Assembly: GCA_965652295.1 (NCBI GenBank)
Contig: CBFGTS010000001.1
Coordinates: 544,001-608,000, forward strand
DNA length: 64,000 nt
Direction of reading: 5' to 3'
Origin: an uncultured Haloferula sp.
GTDB taxonomy: Bacteria; Verrucomicrobiota; Verrucomicrobiia; Verrucomicrobiales; Akkermansiaceae
Shown here piece after piece: positions 17,891 to 27,393 of this stretch. The stretch's first letter is position 1; every line of letters starts with the position of its first letter. Position numbers and translations under genes: made by a program. The notes under the pieces were generated by a model that was given only the letters and a program-made list of their open reading frames with translations, ran no database searches and was not told the origin of the DNA.

Positions 17891-19237
17891 ATGTTTATGA
17901 TCGACCCCGTGGAAACAACGGAGGCTGTCGATCACGGCGCGCGGCGGGATTTGTCGATCCGGCTCGCCGTGCTGACCTCCTTCCTTTCGAAGGGCGGCAC
18001 GGTGCTTCTGCAACTCATCGCCTTGCCCGCAGCCCTGCGGGTGATGGGCCGCGCGGAGTTCGGGATTTTCGGCACCGTGAGCACCGCGCTCGCCACCGTC
18101 CATCTGTTGGAGATCGGTATCGGCCCGGCCCTGGCCCACGGCATTTCCAAGGCAGGGGCCACGGATGACCACGATCTCCGCCGCCGTCTTGCCTCGACCG
18201 CATTCTTCTTGGTCGCGGCCATCGGAGTGCTGGCGGGGCTGTTGCTCAGCGGGGTTCTGCTGACCGTTCCGATCACCTCGCTCTTCGGCGAAAAGTACGC
18301 AGGCACGGAGGCGGCGATGCGGCCGGCCTTGTGGCTGGGCCTCGGTCTTTTCCTCGGGCTCTATCTGCTCAACCTCACCGACCGGCTCCGTGAGGGGCTT
18401 CTGGAGGTCGCCTCCACCAATACCTGGGGCGCGGCGGGCAATGTGCTGGCGGCGATCGCCGTCGGCATCGGCGTATTATGGATTCCCGAGGTGTGGTACC
18501 TGGTCCTCGCCGTCCATGGCTCGGTGGTCCTGGCGAAACTGGGGAACACCGTCTCGCTGTGGCGACGGCACGTCGATCTGCGACCGCGGCTGAAATCCCT
18601 CGATCGTTCTTTGGCGCGTCTGCTGGTGAGCGATGGAGCGGCGTTCGCCACCTGCGCCCTGCTCGTGGGTTTCGTCGAATACAACGTCTGCACTTGGCTG
18701 GTCGGGCACCGCAGCGGACCCGACGTCGTCGCGCTCTACATGATCTTCGTGCAGGTCAGCGTCATGCAGCTCGGCTTTGTCATGATGCTCAGCACGCCCA
18801 CCTGGCCGGCCGTGGCCGAGGCGCTGGCCCGCGAGGATGTCGCGTGGGCCCGCCACGCGTCGAAGCGGCTTTACCTGCTCGGGATGGGTTTCGCGGCGTG
18901 CGCGGCGGTGGGGTGGGTCACGCTCGGTCCGTGGGTGTTGCACCTGTGGCTGGGCGATGAGTTCACCGGCCTGCCACGGACGCTCATGGCCGCCTTCGCC
19001 TTCTACTTCGCCGCCCACGCGTGGCGGCACCTCAATCACGTCCTGATGATCGGCACCGGCCAGGTCAGAACGCTCGCCCGTATTCAGCTGGTTGAAACCG
19101 CCCTCGTGGCGGTGGCCGCGTGGTGGGCGCTCCACCGCGGTGGTGTCGATGCCATGCTGGTCGCCATGGGCGTCACGATTCTCGCCGTGACGGGCTGGCT
19201 TCTTCCGATCCGCGTGAAGCGGGGGCTCAATGGTTGA
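17891..19237 (+). CDS. Wzx-like (MOP family) oligosaccharide flippase
   Basis: About 12 hydrophobic segments, N-terminal pattern MGRAEFGIFGT...LEIGIG, and position at the end of a polysaccharide export cluster. Confidence 0.75.
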   Translation: MFMIDPVETTEAVDHGARRDLSIRLAVLTSFLSKGGTVLLQLIALPAALRVMGRAEFGIFGTVSTALATVHLLEIGIGPALAHGISKAGATDDHDLRRRLASTAFFLVAAIGVLAGLLLSGVLLTVPITSLFGEKYAGTEAAMRPALWLGLGLFLGLYLLNLTDRLREGLLEVASTNTWGAAGNVLAAIAVGIGVLWIPEVWYLVLAVHGSVVLAKLGNTVSLWRRHVDLRPRLKSLDRSLARLLVSDGAAFATCALLVGFVEYNVCTWLVGHRSGPDVVALYMIFVQVSVMQLGFVMMLSTPTWPAVAEALAREDVAWARHASKRLYLLGMGFAACAAVGWVTLGPWVLHLWLGDEFTGLPRTLMAAFAFYFAAHAWRHLNHVLMIGTGQVRTLARIQLVETALVAVAAWWALHRGGVDAMLVAMGVTILAVTGWLLPIRVKRGLNG

Positions 19238-22019
19238 AGAGGAACTCCTTCGAATTGAGCAGCGCCCAGAAGATGTCGTTGAGGATTTCGTGGGTTTCCT
19301 TGCGGTTTCCGGCAGCGGCCAGTTCCTTGCCGAGGGCGTTGGCTTCGGCGGTGGTGGGCTCGCGGCCGAGGGTGCGGAGGTAGAGCGCGTTGACGATCTC
19401 TCGGGGCTCCGTTTTCTGATCGAGCAGACGTTTGATCACCGGGCTGCGCTGGATGCGCTGATGGGTGGCGTCGCCATTGAGAAGGTGGAGCGCCTGGGAG
19501 AGGTTCGGCTCCATTTTCACCTCGCAGGAGCAAACGGTGGCGCGGGAGGCGCGACCGAAGGTGGTGAGGAAGTAGTTCGAAGTGTTGCCGTCGGCGATCT
19601 GCACGGCGCGCGCGCCCAGCGGCAGGCCCTTGAATTTGTTCGGTGTCCCGGTGACCTGCGAGATGGCGTCGAGCAGCACTTCGGCACGTTGGCGGCGGAT
19701 CAGGGCGTGGGAAAAGTTCCGCTCGTCGGTGGCGTTGGTTTCGTTCGTCCGGGTGGAGAGCTGGTAGGTCCGGGAGGTGCAGATCCCGCGCACGATACGG
19801 CGGATGTCGTAGTTGGATTCCACGAACTGCCCGGCCAGCGCGTCGAGGAGTTCCGGATTCGAGGGCGGGTTGGAGACGCGGACGTCATCGACCGGATCAG
19901 TGATGCCGACGCCGAAGAAGTGCGCCCAGGTGACGTTGACGACGTTGCGTGCGAACCACGGGTTCTCGGGAGAGGCGAGCCAGTGGGCGAGGGCTTCGCG
20001 GCGTGAGTGCCCTCCGAAGTCATCCGGCGTCGGTGTGCCGAGGAAACGGGGCCTGGCGTTCTGCTTGGTGACCGGGTGCTGCACCTCGCCGCCGCCATCG
20101 AAGATGATCCTCTCGCGCGGGTCCTCGGCGGGCTTGCGTTTCACCTGGGCGAAGAACGAGGCGAAGCCGTAGTAGTCGTCCATCGTCCAGCGGTCGAAGG
20201 GGTGGTTGTGGCATTGCGCGCACTGGATGCGGGTGCCCATGAAAACCTGCGCGACGTTCTCGGTGAGCTTGAGGGTGTCCTGTTCGACCTGGAAAAAATT
20301 CGTCGCCGGGTTGTCGAAGGTGCCGCCCTCCGATGAGAGGAGTTCGCGGACGATCTGGTTGAAGGGGACGTTCGCCGCGATGCGTTCGCGCAGCCAGCCG
20401 TAGTAGCCGAGCGCGGCCTTGTAGGAGACTTGGTTGGGGCCGTTGTTGAAGGTCCGGATCTGGAGCAACTCGGCCCATTTCATCACCCACATCTCGGTGA
20501 ATTCCTTGCGGGCGATCAGTTCATCCACCAGCGCGACGCGTTTGTCCGAGTCTTCGCTGGCGAGGAACCGGGAGCGGTCCTCGGGCGTGGGCAGACGGCC
20601 GATGACATCGAGGTAGACGCGGCGGAGGAAGACCTCGTCCGAGCAGACCTCGGACGGGACGATGCGGAGCTTGTGGAGCTTTTGGTGGACGTGGTGGTCG
20701 ATCTCGTTGAACTCCGGCATCTCGGGGCGGGTGTAGGGCAGGTCTTTCGGAACGACGATGGCCTGGACGCCCTCGGTGAAGGTGTGGAAGCGGGCGAGCA
20801 GGAAGGCCTCGCCGCGTTTCGCGGAGGTGGCGAGGCCTTTGAGGTGGTCGATTTCGACCGAGTTGTCGTTGGAGGTGGAAAAGGACGAGAGCGGGGAGAC
20901 GTCGCGGTCGGTGCCATCGGAATAGGTGGCGCGGACGGTGAGCGGTACCTTCAGGTCGGGGCCCTTCATCACCAGCTGCGGTGGTTCTACGGTGATCGAC
21001 GTAGGTTGCGGAATGTCATCGGCATCGTAGGCAGCTCCGTTACGGATCCACTCGACGAGGGTGCGGTAGTTCGGACTGTCCTTTTCGAACAGTTTTCCTC
21101 CGGTGTGGGGAACCTCGCCGGTGGCTTTGGTGAGGAGCAGGGAGGACTCGGGCAGAGCGAGGTTGAGGCGGCGGCCGGGCATCTCGCGGGTGAGGCGGAA
21201 GTGGTCGCCCTTGGGATCGAACCCGTAAAGGGTGAGGTGGAAACCGTCCTGCCCGCGGGCCGAACCGTGGCACGAGCCGGTGTTGCAGCCGGCGGATGTG
21301 AGCACGGGCATCACGTCGAGCTGGAAGGAGACCGGCCGCGGTTCGGCGGCGTCCTTCACGACTACGGGAATCGTGGTAGCAAGGCCGCGGTAATCGATGC
21401 GCAGGTTGGTCTTTCCGTCCTTGAGCGGACGCAGGGTGGTGTCGGTGAGTGAGGCGAGCGCAGGGTCTTCCAGCGTCAGCTTCACCTGGCGGGTGACGTC
21501 GTGCGTGGCGGCGTCGTTGAAGTGAGCGAGCACGATCACGCGGTGGAAATCCCGTGACGTTTCGAGGGTGATTTTTTTCGGAAAGGCCTCGATGGAGGTG
21601 ATGGCGGGATCGGGGTCGGCGTTCCATTCGGGCAGCGCGGTCTTGGGCCGCGGGGCCATGGTGACGCCCTCCGGCCAGGGCGCGTCGGAGGCGATCCAGG
21701 CCTTCAGCGTTTCGATCTCGACAGCCGTGAGGGGATCGCCTTTGGGCGGCATGATGTCGGGATCGTCCTCGCCGAGGCAGACGCGCTCGATCAGGAGGGA
21801 CTCACCGGATTTTCCGGGAACGATGGCAGCTCCGGTATCGCCGCCGGTGAGCATGGACTCGCGGGTGCTGAGAATCAGATCGCCCTTGTTCTTGTCCGGG
21901 TGGTGACAGGAAAGACAGCGGGTTTCGAGGAGGGCCCGGGCGGCGGTGAAATCGTCGGCGGCGATCGGCGGTGGAAAAAGAAGGGTGGCCGAAGCCATTG
22001 GTCCGAGGAGGAACTTCAT
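19227..22019 (-). CDS. DUF1549/DUF1553 protein with N-terminal planctomycete-type cytochrome c domain
   Basis: CLSCH, GCNTGSCHG, FLRRVYLDVIGRLPT, IQCAQCHNHPFDRW, NPPSNPELLD and terminal WALLNSKEFLFNH. Confidence 0.9.
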   Translation of the reverse strand: MKFLLGPMASATLLFPPPIAADDFTAARALLETRCLSCHHPDKNKGDLILSTRESMLTGGDTGAAIVPGKSGESLLIERVCLGEDDPDIMPPKGDPLTAVEIETLKAWIASDAPWPEGVTMAPRPKTALPEWNADPDPAITSIEAFPKKITLETSRDFHRVIVLAHFNDAATHDVTRQVKLTLEDPALASLTDTTLRPLKDGKTNLRIDYRGLATTIPVVVKDAAEPRPVSFQLDVMPVLTSAGCNTGSCHGSARGQDGFHLTLYGFDPKGDHFRLTREMPGRRLNLALPESSLLLTKATGEVPHTGGKLFEKDSPNYRTLVEWIRNGAAYDADDIPQPTSITVEPPQLVMKGPDLKVPLTVRATYSDGTDRDVSPLSSFSTSNDNSVEIDHLKGLATSAKRGEAFLLARFHTFTEGVQAIVVPKDLPYTRPEMPEFNEIDHHVHQKLHKLRIVPSEVCSDEVFLRRVYLDVIGRLPTPEDRSRFLASEDSDKRVALVDELIARKEFTEMWVMKWAELLQIRTFNNGPNQVSYKAALGYYGWLRERIAANVPFNQIVRELLSSEGGTFDNPATNFFQVEQDTLKLTENVAQVFMGTRIQCAQCHNHPFDRWTMDDYYGFASFFAQVKRKPAEDPRERIIFDGGGEVQHPVTKQNARPRFLGTPTPDDFGGHSRREALAHWLASPENPWFARNVVNVTWAHFFGVGITDPVDDVRVSNPPSNPELLDALAGQFVESNYDIRRIVRGICTSRTYQLSTRTNETNATDERNFSHALIRRQRAEVLLDAISQVTGTPNKFKGLPLGARAVQIADGNTSNYFLTTFGRASRATVCSCEVKMEPNLSQALHLLNGDATHQRIQRSPVIKRLLDQKTEPREIVNALYLRTLGREPTTAEANALGKELAAAGNRKETHEILNDIFWALLNSKEFLFNH

Positions 22020-22021
22020 GG

Positions 22022-24391
22022 CTACTTGGCTTGGGCTCGGAGTTGTTCGAGGCGGGAGAGCGGCTTCTCTCCGGGCGGAGCGGCGGGCGTTTCGGCCGGC
22101 TTGTTTCCGGCGACTTCGGGAGTGGGTTTGTCGATCCGCAGCGTGCCGCCATGGCCGGTCTGGTGGAGCACGCGGTGGCCGTTTTCCGGGACCTCGATGC
22201 GGAGGAAAAGCCCGCCATGCTTTCCCACGGCGGCATCGGCCGCGACCTCGATGGGAAAGGTCAATTGGGTGGTGTCGTTATCGAACTCGACGGACTGGGT
22301 TTTCGTTCCATGCGGTAAACCGAGTAGTTCGGCGCGGGCCATGCCGGCGAACTCGCGGAGATGATCGAGCTTGCAGAGGACGGAGACGTGACGGCCTTGC
22401 TCGGTGGCGGCGAGATCGATGGAGGCGGTGAGCCATGGCTCGCTGACCCGCAGCGGGACGAGCGAGGAGGAAACGATGACCGGACCTTGAGGCGTGTCGG
22501 CCTCGGCGAGGACGGCGACCTGCCAATCGGCGGCCGGGGCATCGGCATTGGCGTTGATTTCGTAGTCGGCTTCCGTTTTCCCCTCCTCGATCCGGATGGT
22601 GGCGGGCGAGCCGATGCCGGGCGGATTCCAGAGCATGCGCAGCGTGACGGGCGCGTTGAAGCTCTCGCGTCGATCAAGCCGCGCGTGAAGTTTCAACACG
22701 CCGCGCTGGACCACGGGCACGGGTGGCGTGTCGAGGTGCAGGGTAAGGGGGGCTTCGTTCGTCACGGCCACGGCGATCTTGTCGGACTCGGTCGAGTGAT
22801 ACGGCCCCTGGTTGTTGATCTCGATGTGGTGGATGGTTTCGCGCAGCGGCCCGGAGACGGCGGGGACATTCTCGCCGATGGCACGGACGGTAAAGGGGTG
22901 CCAGCCGCCGGCGACGGGAGCCTCGGGCGCGGCTTCGAAGACGACCGGGAAGCTGTTGGTCGAGCGCGGGACGGGGGGGACGTGCATGACGACGCCTTGC
23001 GGAAGCGAGCCGGCTTCGAAGGAAACGTCGCAGCCGAGATTCGTGCGGGTGAGGTTGACGGTGGTGGCGTAGCGGTTGCCCCGCGGGATCGGGATCACCT
23101 TGCGGGCTTGTGAGTTGTCGCGCTCGAAGACCGGCAGGGCCGCGGAAATGGAGGGGCTGCGGCGGTCGATTTCGAGGCGGTAGGTGAAGTCCGGACCGCC
23201 GCGGTTGAGTTTGTCGTGGACGAAGAGGAAGTAGTCGCCGTCGGCGGGGCAGGTCCACTGGATGACCGGATCGGGCGAGCCTTGGTCGTCGTTGGCGGCG
23301 AGCCGTTTGTTCCTGGACCCGCGCAGAGAAAGTACGGCATCCACCGGAGACCGGAGTTCCCGGCCGCGGACGCGGATCTCGAGGTTGTCGTCCTTCTTCG
23401 CGGCGAAACGGAACACGTCGCGATCGCCGGTTTCGCCGAGGCGGCCGTGGGCGGCGCAGGGCAGGATAGGAAGGTGCGTGGCTTCCTTCGGGCGAGGGTT
23501 GGGTTCGGCTTCGACGGCGGTGGTGAGTGGGGAAACGAAGATCCAGTTGGGTGAAGGGGCGATGAGACCGTCGCGTTCGGCGAAAAGGGGGTGGAGACCG
23601 GAGGCGGTTTCGGGCACCAGGATCTGGCTCTGGATGCCATCTCCGAAGTCGAACGTGAGGGTTTCGCCGGGGCGCGCTCCGGGAGGGAAAACGGCGGAGG
23701 GGCGGGGGAAGGTGCCGAGGTGGAGGCGGTATTGGCAGGCGTCGTTGCCTTCGTACGCCGCTTCTCGTACGACGATGCGGTAGTCGCCATCCTCGGGCGC
23801 GACGGTGGAGACGAAGGCGTCGGTCCGCAGCAGCGTGGCGTCATCGCAGGCGGCGAGTTCAAAGCCCTTGGGATCGAGGATGGCGAGGTGGGCGTCGAAA
23901 AATGTGCGTCCGAGCCGCATCGCTTCGACCTCGGCGGAGAAGGCCTGGCCTTTCTTCAGGCTGACGACGAACCAGTCCTCGTCCTCGCTTTTGACAGTGC
24001 CATGGACGGTGGTGTTGAGCTCGATTTTCTGCGCTTGGTCGAAGGAGTTGTTCGGCCCGGCTTCCTCCGCGGAAGGTAGCGCGCCGATCCAGAGCGTGCG
24101 CAGGTAGGAGACGCCGCCGGTGGTGCGGAGGCGCAGCGGGTGTTCGCCCAGCGGGGCGTCGGGGGCCACCCGGATTTTCGCGATGGCCTGCTTGCCGTCG
24201 TCCTCCCCATGGAGTTCGAGGACCTCGATGCCGGGATGGTGAAAGAGGATCTGCTGCGGTTCGTGCAGCCGCCCGCCATGAAAGCGGATCTCCATCTCCG
24301 TGCCGCGCTGGCCGCCGCGGGGCTGGACGTGCTGGACATCCGGCGTGAAGGCGAGGGCGGGTGCGGCGAGGAAGAGAAGGAGGGCTTTCAT
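22022..24391 (-). CDS. Secreted protein with pre-peptidase C-terminal (PPC)-like domains
   Basis: Signal peptide, PRGGQRGT start, repeated ExEPN / DxDxF / YRL PPC-like units; usual partner of DUF1501 and DUF1549/1553 genes. Confidence 0.8.
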   Translation of the reverse strand: MKALLLFLAAPALAFTPDVQHVQPRGGQRGTEMEIRFHGGRLHEPQQILFHHPGIEVLELHGEDDGKQAIAKIRVAPDAPLGEHPLRLRTTGGVSYLRTLWIGALPSAEEAGPNNSFDQAQKIELNTTVHGTVKSEDEDWFVVSLKKGQAFSAEVEAMRLGRTFFDAHLAILDPKGFELAACDDATLLRTDAFVSTVAPEDGDYRIVVREAAYEGNDACQYRLHLGTFPRPSAVFPPGARPGETLTFDFGDGIQSQILVPETASGLHPLFAERDGLIAPSPNWIFVSPLTTAVEAEPNPRPKEATHLPILPCAAHGRLGETGDRDVFRFAAKKDDNLEIRVRGRELRSPVDAVLSLRGSRNKRLAANDDQGSPDPVIQWTCPADGDYFLFVHDKLNRGGPDFTYRLEIDRRSPSISAALPVFERDNSQARKVIPIPRGNRYATTVNLTRTNLGCDVSFEAGSLPQGVVMHVPPVPRSTNSFPVVFEAAPEAPVAGGWHPFTVRAIGENVPAVSGPLRETIHHIEINNQGPYHSTESDKIAVAVTNEAPLTLHLDTPPVPVVQRGVLKLHARLDRRESFNAPVTLRMLWNPPGIGSPATIRIEEGKTEADYEINANADAPAADWQVAVLAEADTPQGPVIVSSSLVPLRVSEPWLTASIDLAATEQGRHVSVLCKLDHLREFAGMARAELLGLPHGTKTQSVEFDNDTTQLTFPIEVAADAAVGKHGGLFLRIEVPENGHRVLHQTGHGGTLRIDKPTPEVAGNKPAETPAAPPGEKPLSRLEQLRAQAK

Positions 24392-24434
24392 GGCGAGGTG
24401 GAAGAAAAGCGAGTTTCAAACTCGCTCCCCATAC

Positions 24435-25754
24435 TCATGCGAGGATGCTTTCGAGGACGCTGCCGCCATCGACGATCTCGATCGGGCGGTTGCCGGGTGC
24501 CATGAGCTCCTTGTCGGCGGTGATGCCGATCTGGTGGTAAACGGTCGTGGCCAGGTCGGCGACGCTGACCGCATCGGTATCGACCTCGCCGCCGAGGGCG
24601 TCCGACGAGCCGTGGACGTGGCCTCGTTTCACGCCACCGCCGGCGAGCATCACGGAAAAAACGCGCGGCCAGTGGTCGCGACCGCCGGTGGGGTTGATCT
24701 TCGGCGTGCGGCCGAATTCGGAGGTCACCATGACCAGCGTGCTGTCGAGCATGCCGCGCTCTTCGAGATCGGTGATGAGGGCGGCGATGGCTTGATCGAC
24801 CGGTGGCAGCTCGCGTTCGACGCCGCCCTTGATGTTGTCGTGGTGATCCCAGCCACCGGCGGTCAGGGAAACGAAGCGCACGCCGCCCTCGATCAAACGC
24901 CGGGCGAGCAGCATCCGCTGGCCGGGGGCGTGGCGACCGTAGCGGTCCTTCATCGCGTCCGGCTCGGCTTTCAGGTTGAAGGCCTCGCGTGCGGCCTGCG
25001 AGGAGATGAGCTTGTAGGCGTGCTGGTAGAAGGCATCCATGGAGTCGAGCGCGTCGGACGACTCGAGGTGGCGGAAATGGTGGTCGACGGTTTCCAGCAG
25101 GGACCGGCGGCGGGCGAAGCGGTGGTCATCGACGCCCTTCGGCAGGTTCAGGTCCCGCACCTGGAAATCGCCGCGCGCGGGATCGGAGCCGAGTGCGAAC
25201 GGACCGAAGGCGGAGGAAAGGTAGCCGGAATTGGCGAATTCGTTCGGAACCGAGGGCACGCAGACGTACGGCGGGAGGTTGTTGCGCGGGCCGAGTTCAT
25301 GAGAAATGACCGAGCCGATCGAAGGATACTCGACGGCGGGCGAGGGGCGGTAGCCGGTGAACATGTTGTGCGTGCCGCGTTCGTGGGCGGCTTCGCCGTG
25401 GGACATCGAGCGGATGATCGTGGTCTTGTCCGCGATCTTGGCGAGGTGCTGGAGTTTTTCGCCGAACTGGACGCCGGAGAGGGAGGTGTCGATCGCGCCG
25501 AACGGTCCGCGATATTCGGCCGGGGCGTAGGGTTTCGGATCGAAGGACTCCTGGTGGGACATTCCGCCGGGGAGGAAGATGTGGATGATCCCCTTCGCGA
25601 CGCCCTCCTTGGTTTCGTAGAACTTCTGGGCGGCGCTGGCTTTTCCGAGAAAGCCCGGGAGGGTGAGACCGAGGCCGCCGAGCAGACCAACGTAGAAGAA
25701 CTCGCGACGGGTCGAGTAGCGTTCGAGCGGATTGCCGGGGCAGTGCGGTTTCAT
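24435..25754 (-). CDS. DUF1501 domain protein (Tat-exported)
   Basis: Twin-arginine leader STRREFF, FLPGGMSHQESFDPKP, GGWDHH, SEFGRTP and GRDHWP motifs. Confidence 0.92.
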   Translation of the reverse strand: MKPHCPGNPLERYSTRREFFYVGLLGGLGLTLPGFLGKASAAQKFYETKEGVAKGIIHIFLPGGMSHQESFDPKPYAPAEYRGPFGAIDTSLSGVQFGEKLQHLAKIADKTTIIRSMSHGEAAHERGTHNMFTGYRPSPAVEYPSIGSVISHELGPRNNLPPYVCVPSVPNEFANSGYLSSAFGPFALGSDPARGDFQVRDLNLPKGVDDHRFARRRSLLETVDHHFRHLESSDALDSMDAFYQHAYKLISSQAAREAFNLKAEPDAMKDRYGRHAPGQRMLLARRLIEGGVRFVSLTAGGWDHHDNIKGGVERELPPVDQAIAALITDLEERGMLDSTLVMVTSEFGRTPKINPTGGRDHWPRVFSVMLAGGGVKRGHVHGSSDALGGEVDTDAVSVADLATTVYHQIGITADKELMAPGNRPIEIVDGGSVLESILA

Positions 25755-25900
25755 GGCATGAGACGGGTAGGAACCGTACCGCTACGGGGCGGGTGGGGTC
25801 GGCATTTCAACCGGCTTTGACGGGATTTTTCCGAACGTTTCGGGATCCGGCGCAATCCTCTTCTGCAATGCCGGCCTCCGGCTCCCGTATTCGTCCGTCC

Positions 25901-27322
25901 ATGAACGTTCCCGCAACCCATCGTCTCGCGCCCTTCCTTGCCGCGTGTTTCCTCTCCATCGTCGGGGCCCGCGCCGCGGAAAAGCCGAACATCCTGGTGA
26001 TCATCGCCGACGATTGCACCTTCAGCGATCTTCCGATCCACGGCGGGGAGAACGCGAAGACGCCGAACATCGACGCCCTTGCCAAGCAATCGCTGGTCTT
26101 CGACCGCGCGTACGTCGGCATGGCGATGTGCTCGCCCTCGCGGTCCGAGCTCTACACCGGGCGGCTGCCGCTGCGGAACGGCTGCGCATGGAATCACGGC
26201 ATCTCGCGACCCGGCACGCGCAGCATGCCGCATCACCTCCGCGGGCTCGGTTATCGAGTGGGCCTTGCGGGGAAGACCCACATCGGCCCGCGGAAAGTCT
26301 ACCCTTTCGAGAAGGTCCCGGGCTTTGATGACAACTGTGTGCGCAATCCCACAGATCCGCACGACCTTGCCGGGGTCCGCGACTTCATCACGCGGGAGGG
26401 CGATCAGCCATTCTGCCTCGTCGTCGCCCTCGTGGAGCCTCATGCCCCGTGGGTCATGGGCGACCGCTCCGCCTACCCGCCGCGTCGGCTGAAGTTGCCG
26501 CCCTATCTCGCCGACACCCCGCGTACCCGGCAGGATTTCGCCGCCTATCTCGCGGAGATCACCTTCATGGATTTGCAGGTGGGAGAGCTGCTCGCGCTGC
26601 TGGATGAAACCGGAGCCGCGGACGAGACCCTGGTGCTTTTCACCAGTGAACAAGGCGCCCAGTTTCCCGGCAACAAATGGACCAACTGGGACAGCGGCCT
26701 GCACACATCGATGGTCGTTCGCTGGCCCGGCGTGACCCGTGCCGGAACCCGCACCGCCGCGCTCGTCCAGTATGCCGATGTGCTACCGACCTTCATCGAG
26801 GTCGGCGGTGGCGTGCCCGATCCGGACCAGTTCGATGGCTCCAGCTTTGCCGACGTCTTGTGGGAGAAATCCGATCGCCACCGCGATTTCGCCTACGGCA
26901 TGCATAATAACTACCCGGAAGGCCCGCCGTATCCGATCCGCTCGGTCACCGACGGCGAGTGGCGCTACATCCGCAACCTCACGCCGGAGCGGATCTACAT
27001 CGAGAAGCACCTCCTCGGCCGCACCGAGCACAATGGCTACTGGCCGACCTGGCTATTCCACGCTGCCGAAAACCCGCGGACGCTTCGTCTCGTCGAACGC
27101 TTTCTCCGCCGCCCCGCCGAGCATTTGTATCATACGGGCGAGGACCGCTTTGAAATGAACAACCTGGCCGGAGATCCCGATCATGCTGAAATGAAGGCGC
27201 GTTTGGCCGAAGCACTCGACCGCCACCTCGCCGATCAGCTTGATCCCGGCCCGCCGCTGGACACACCGGAAGCCCACCGCGCCGCCGCCGATCTCAAGCC
27301 CGCCTTTCCGGGGAAACGCTGA
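25901..27322 (+). CDS. Formylglycine-dependent sulfatase (N-sulfoglucosamine sulfohydrolase-like)
   Basis: Signal peptide, KPNILVIIADD, CSPSR (CxPxR) and GKTH motifs; start moved to ATG 25901. Confidence 0.9.
   Translation: MNVPATHRLAPFLAACFLSIVGARAAEKPNILVIIADDCTFSDLPIHGGENAKTPNIDALAKQSLVFDRAYVGMAMCSPSRSELYTGRLPLRNGCAWNHGISRPGTRSMPHHLRGLGYRVGLAGKTHIGPRKVYPFEKVPGFDDNCVRNPTDPHDLAGVRDFITREGDQPFCLVVALVEPHAPWVMGDRSAYPPRRLKLPPYLADTPRTRQDFAAYLAEITFMDLQVGELLALLDETGAADETLVLFTSEQGAQFPGNKWTNWDSGLHTSMVVRWPGVTRAGTRTAALVQYADVLPTFIEVGGGVPDPDQFDGSSFADVLWEKSDRHRDFAYGMHNNYPEGPPYPIRSVTDGEWRYIRNLTPERIYIEKHLLGRTEHNGYWPTWLFHAAENPRTLRLVERFLRRPAEHLYHTGEDRFEMNNLAGDPDHAEMKARLAEALDRHLADQLDPGPPLDTPEAHRAAADLKPAFPGKR
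27246..27322 (+). repeat. 77-bp direct repeat, copy 1 (3' end of the sulfatase gene)
   Basis: Matches 30754-30830 at 75 of 77 positions by manual comparison. Confidence 0.95.
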
Positions 27323-27393
27323 AGACCGCGATTTGGACGGTGCGAGGGGGGCGCGCTTGCGTCCGATGGACGGGATTCTTCAGATCCTGCGCA

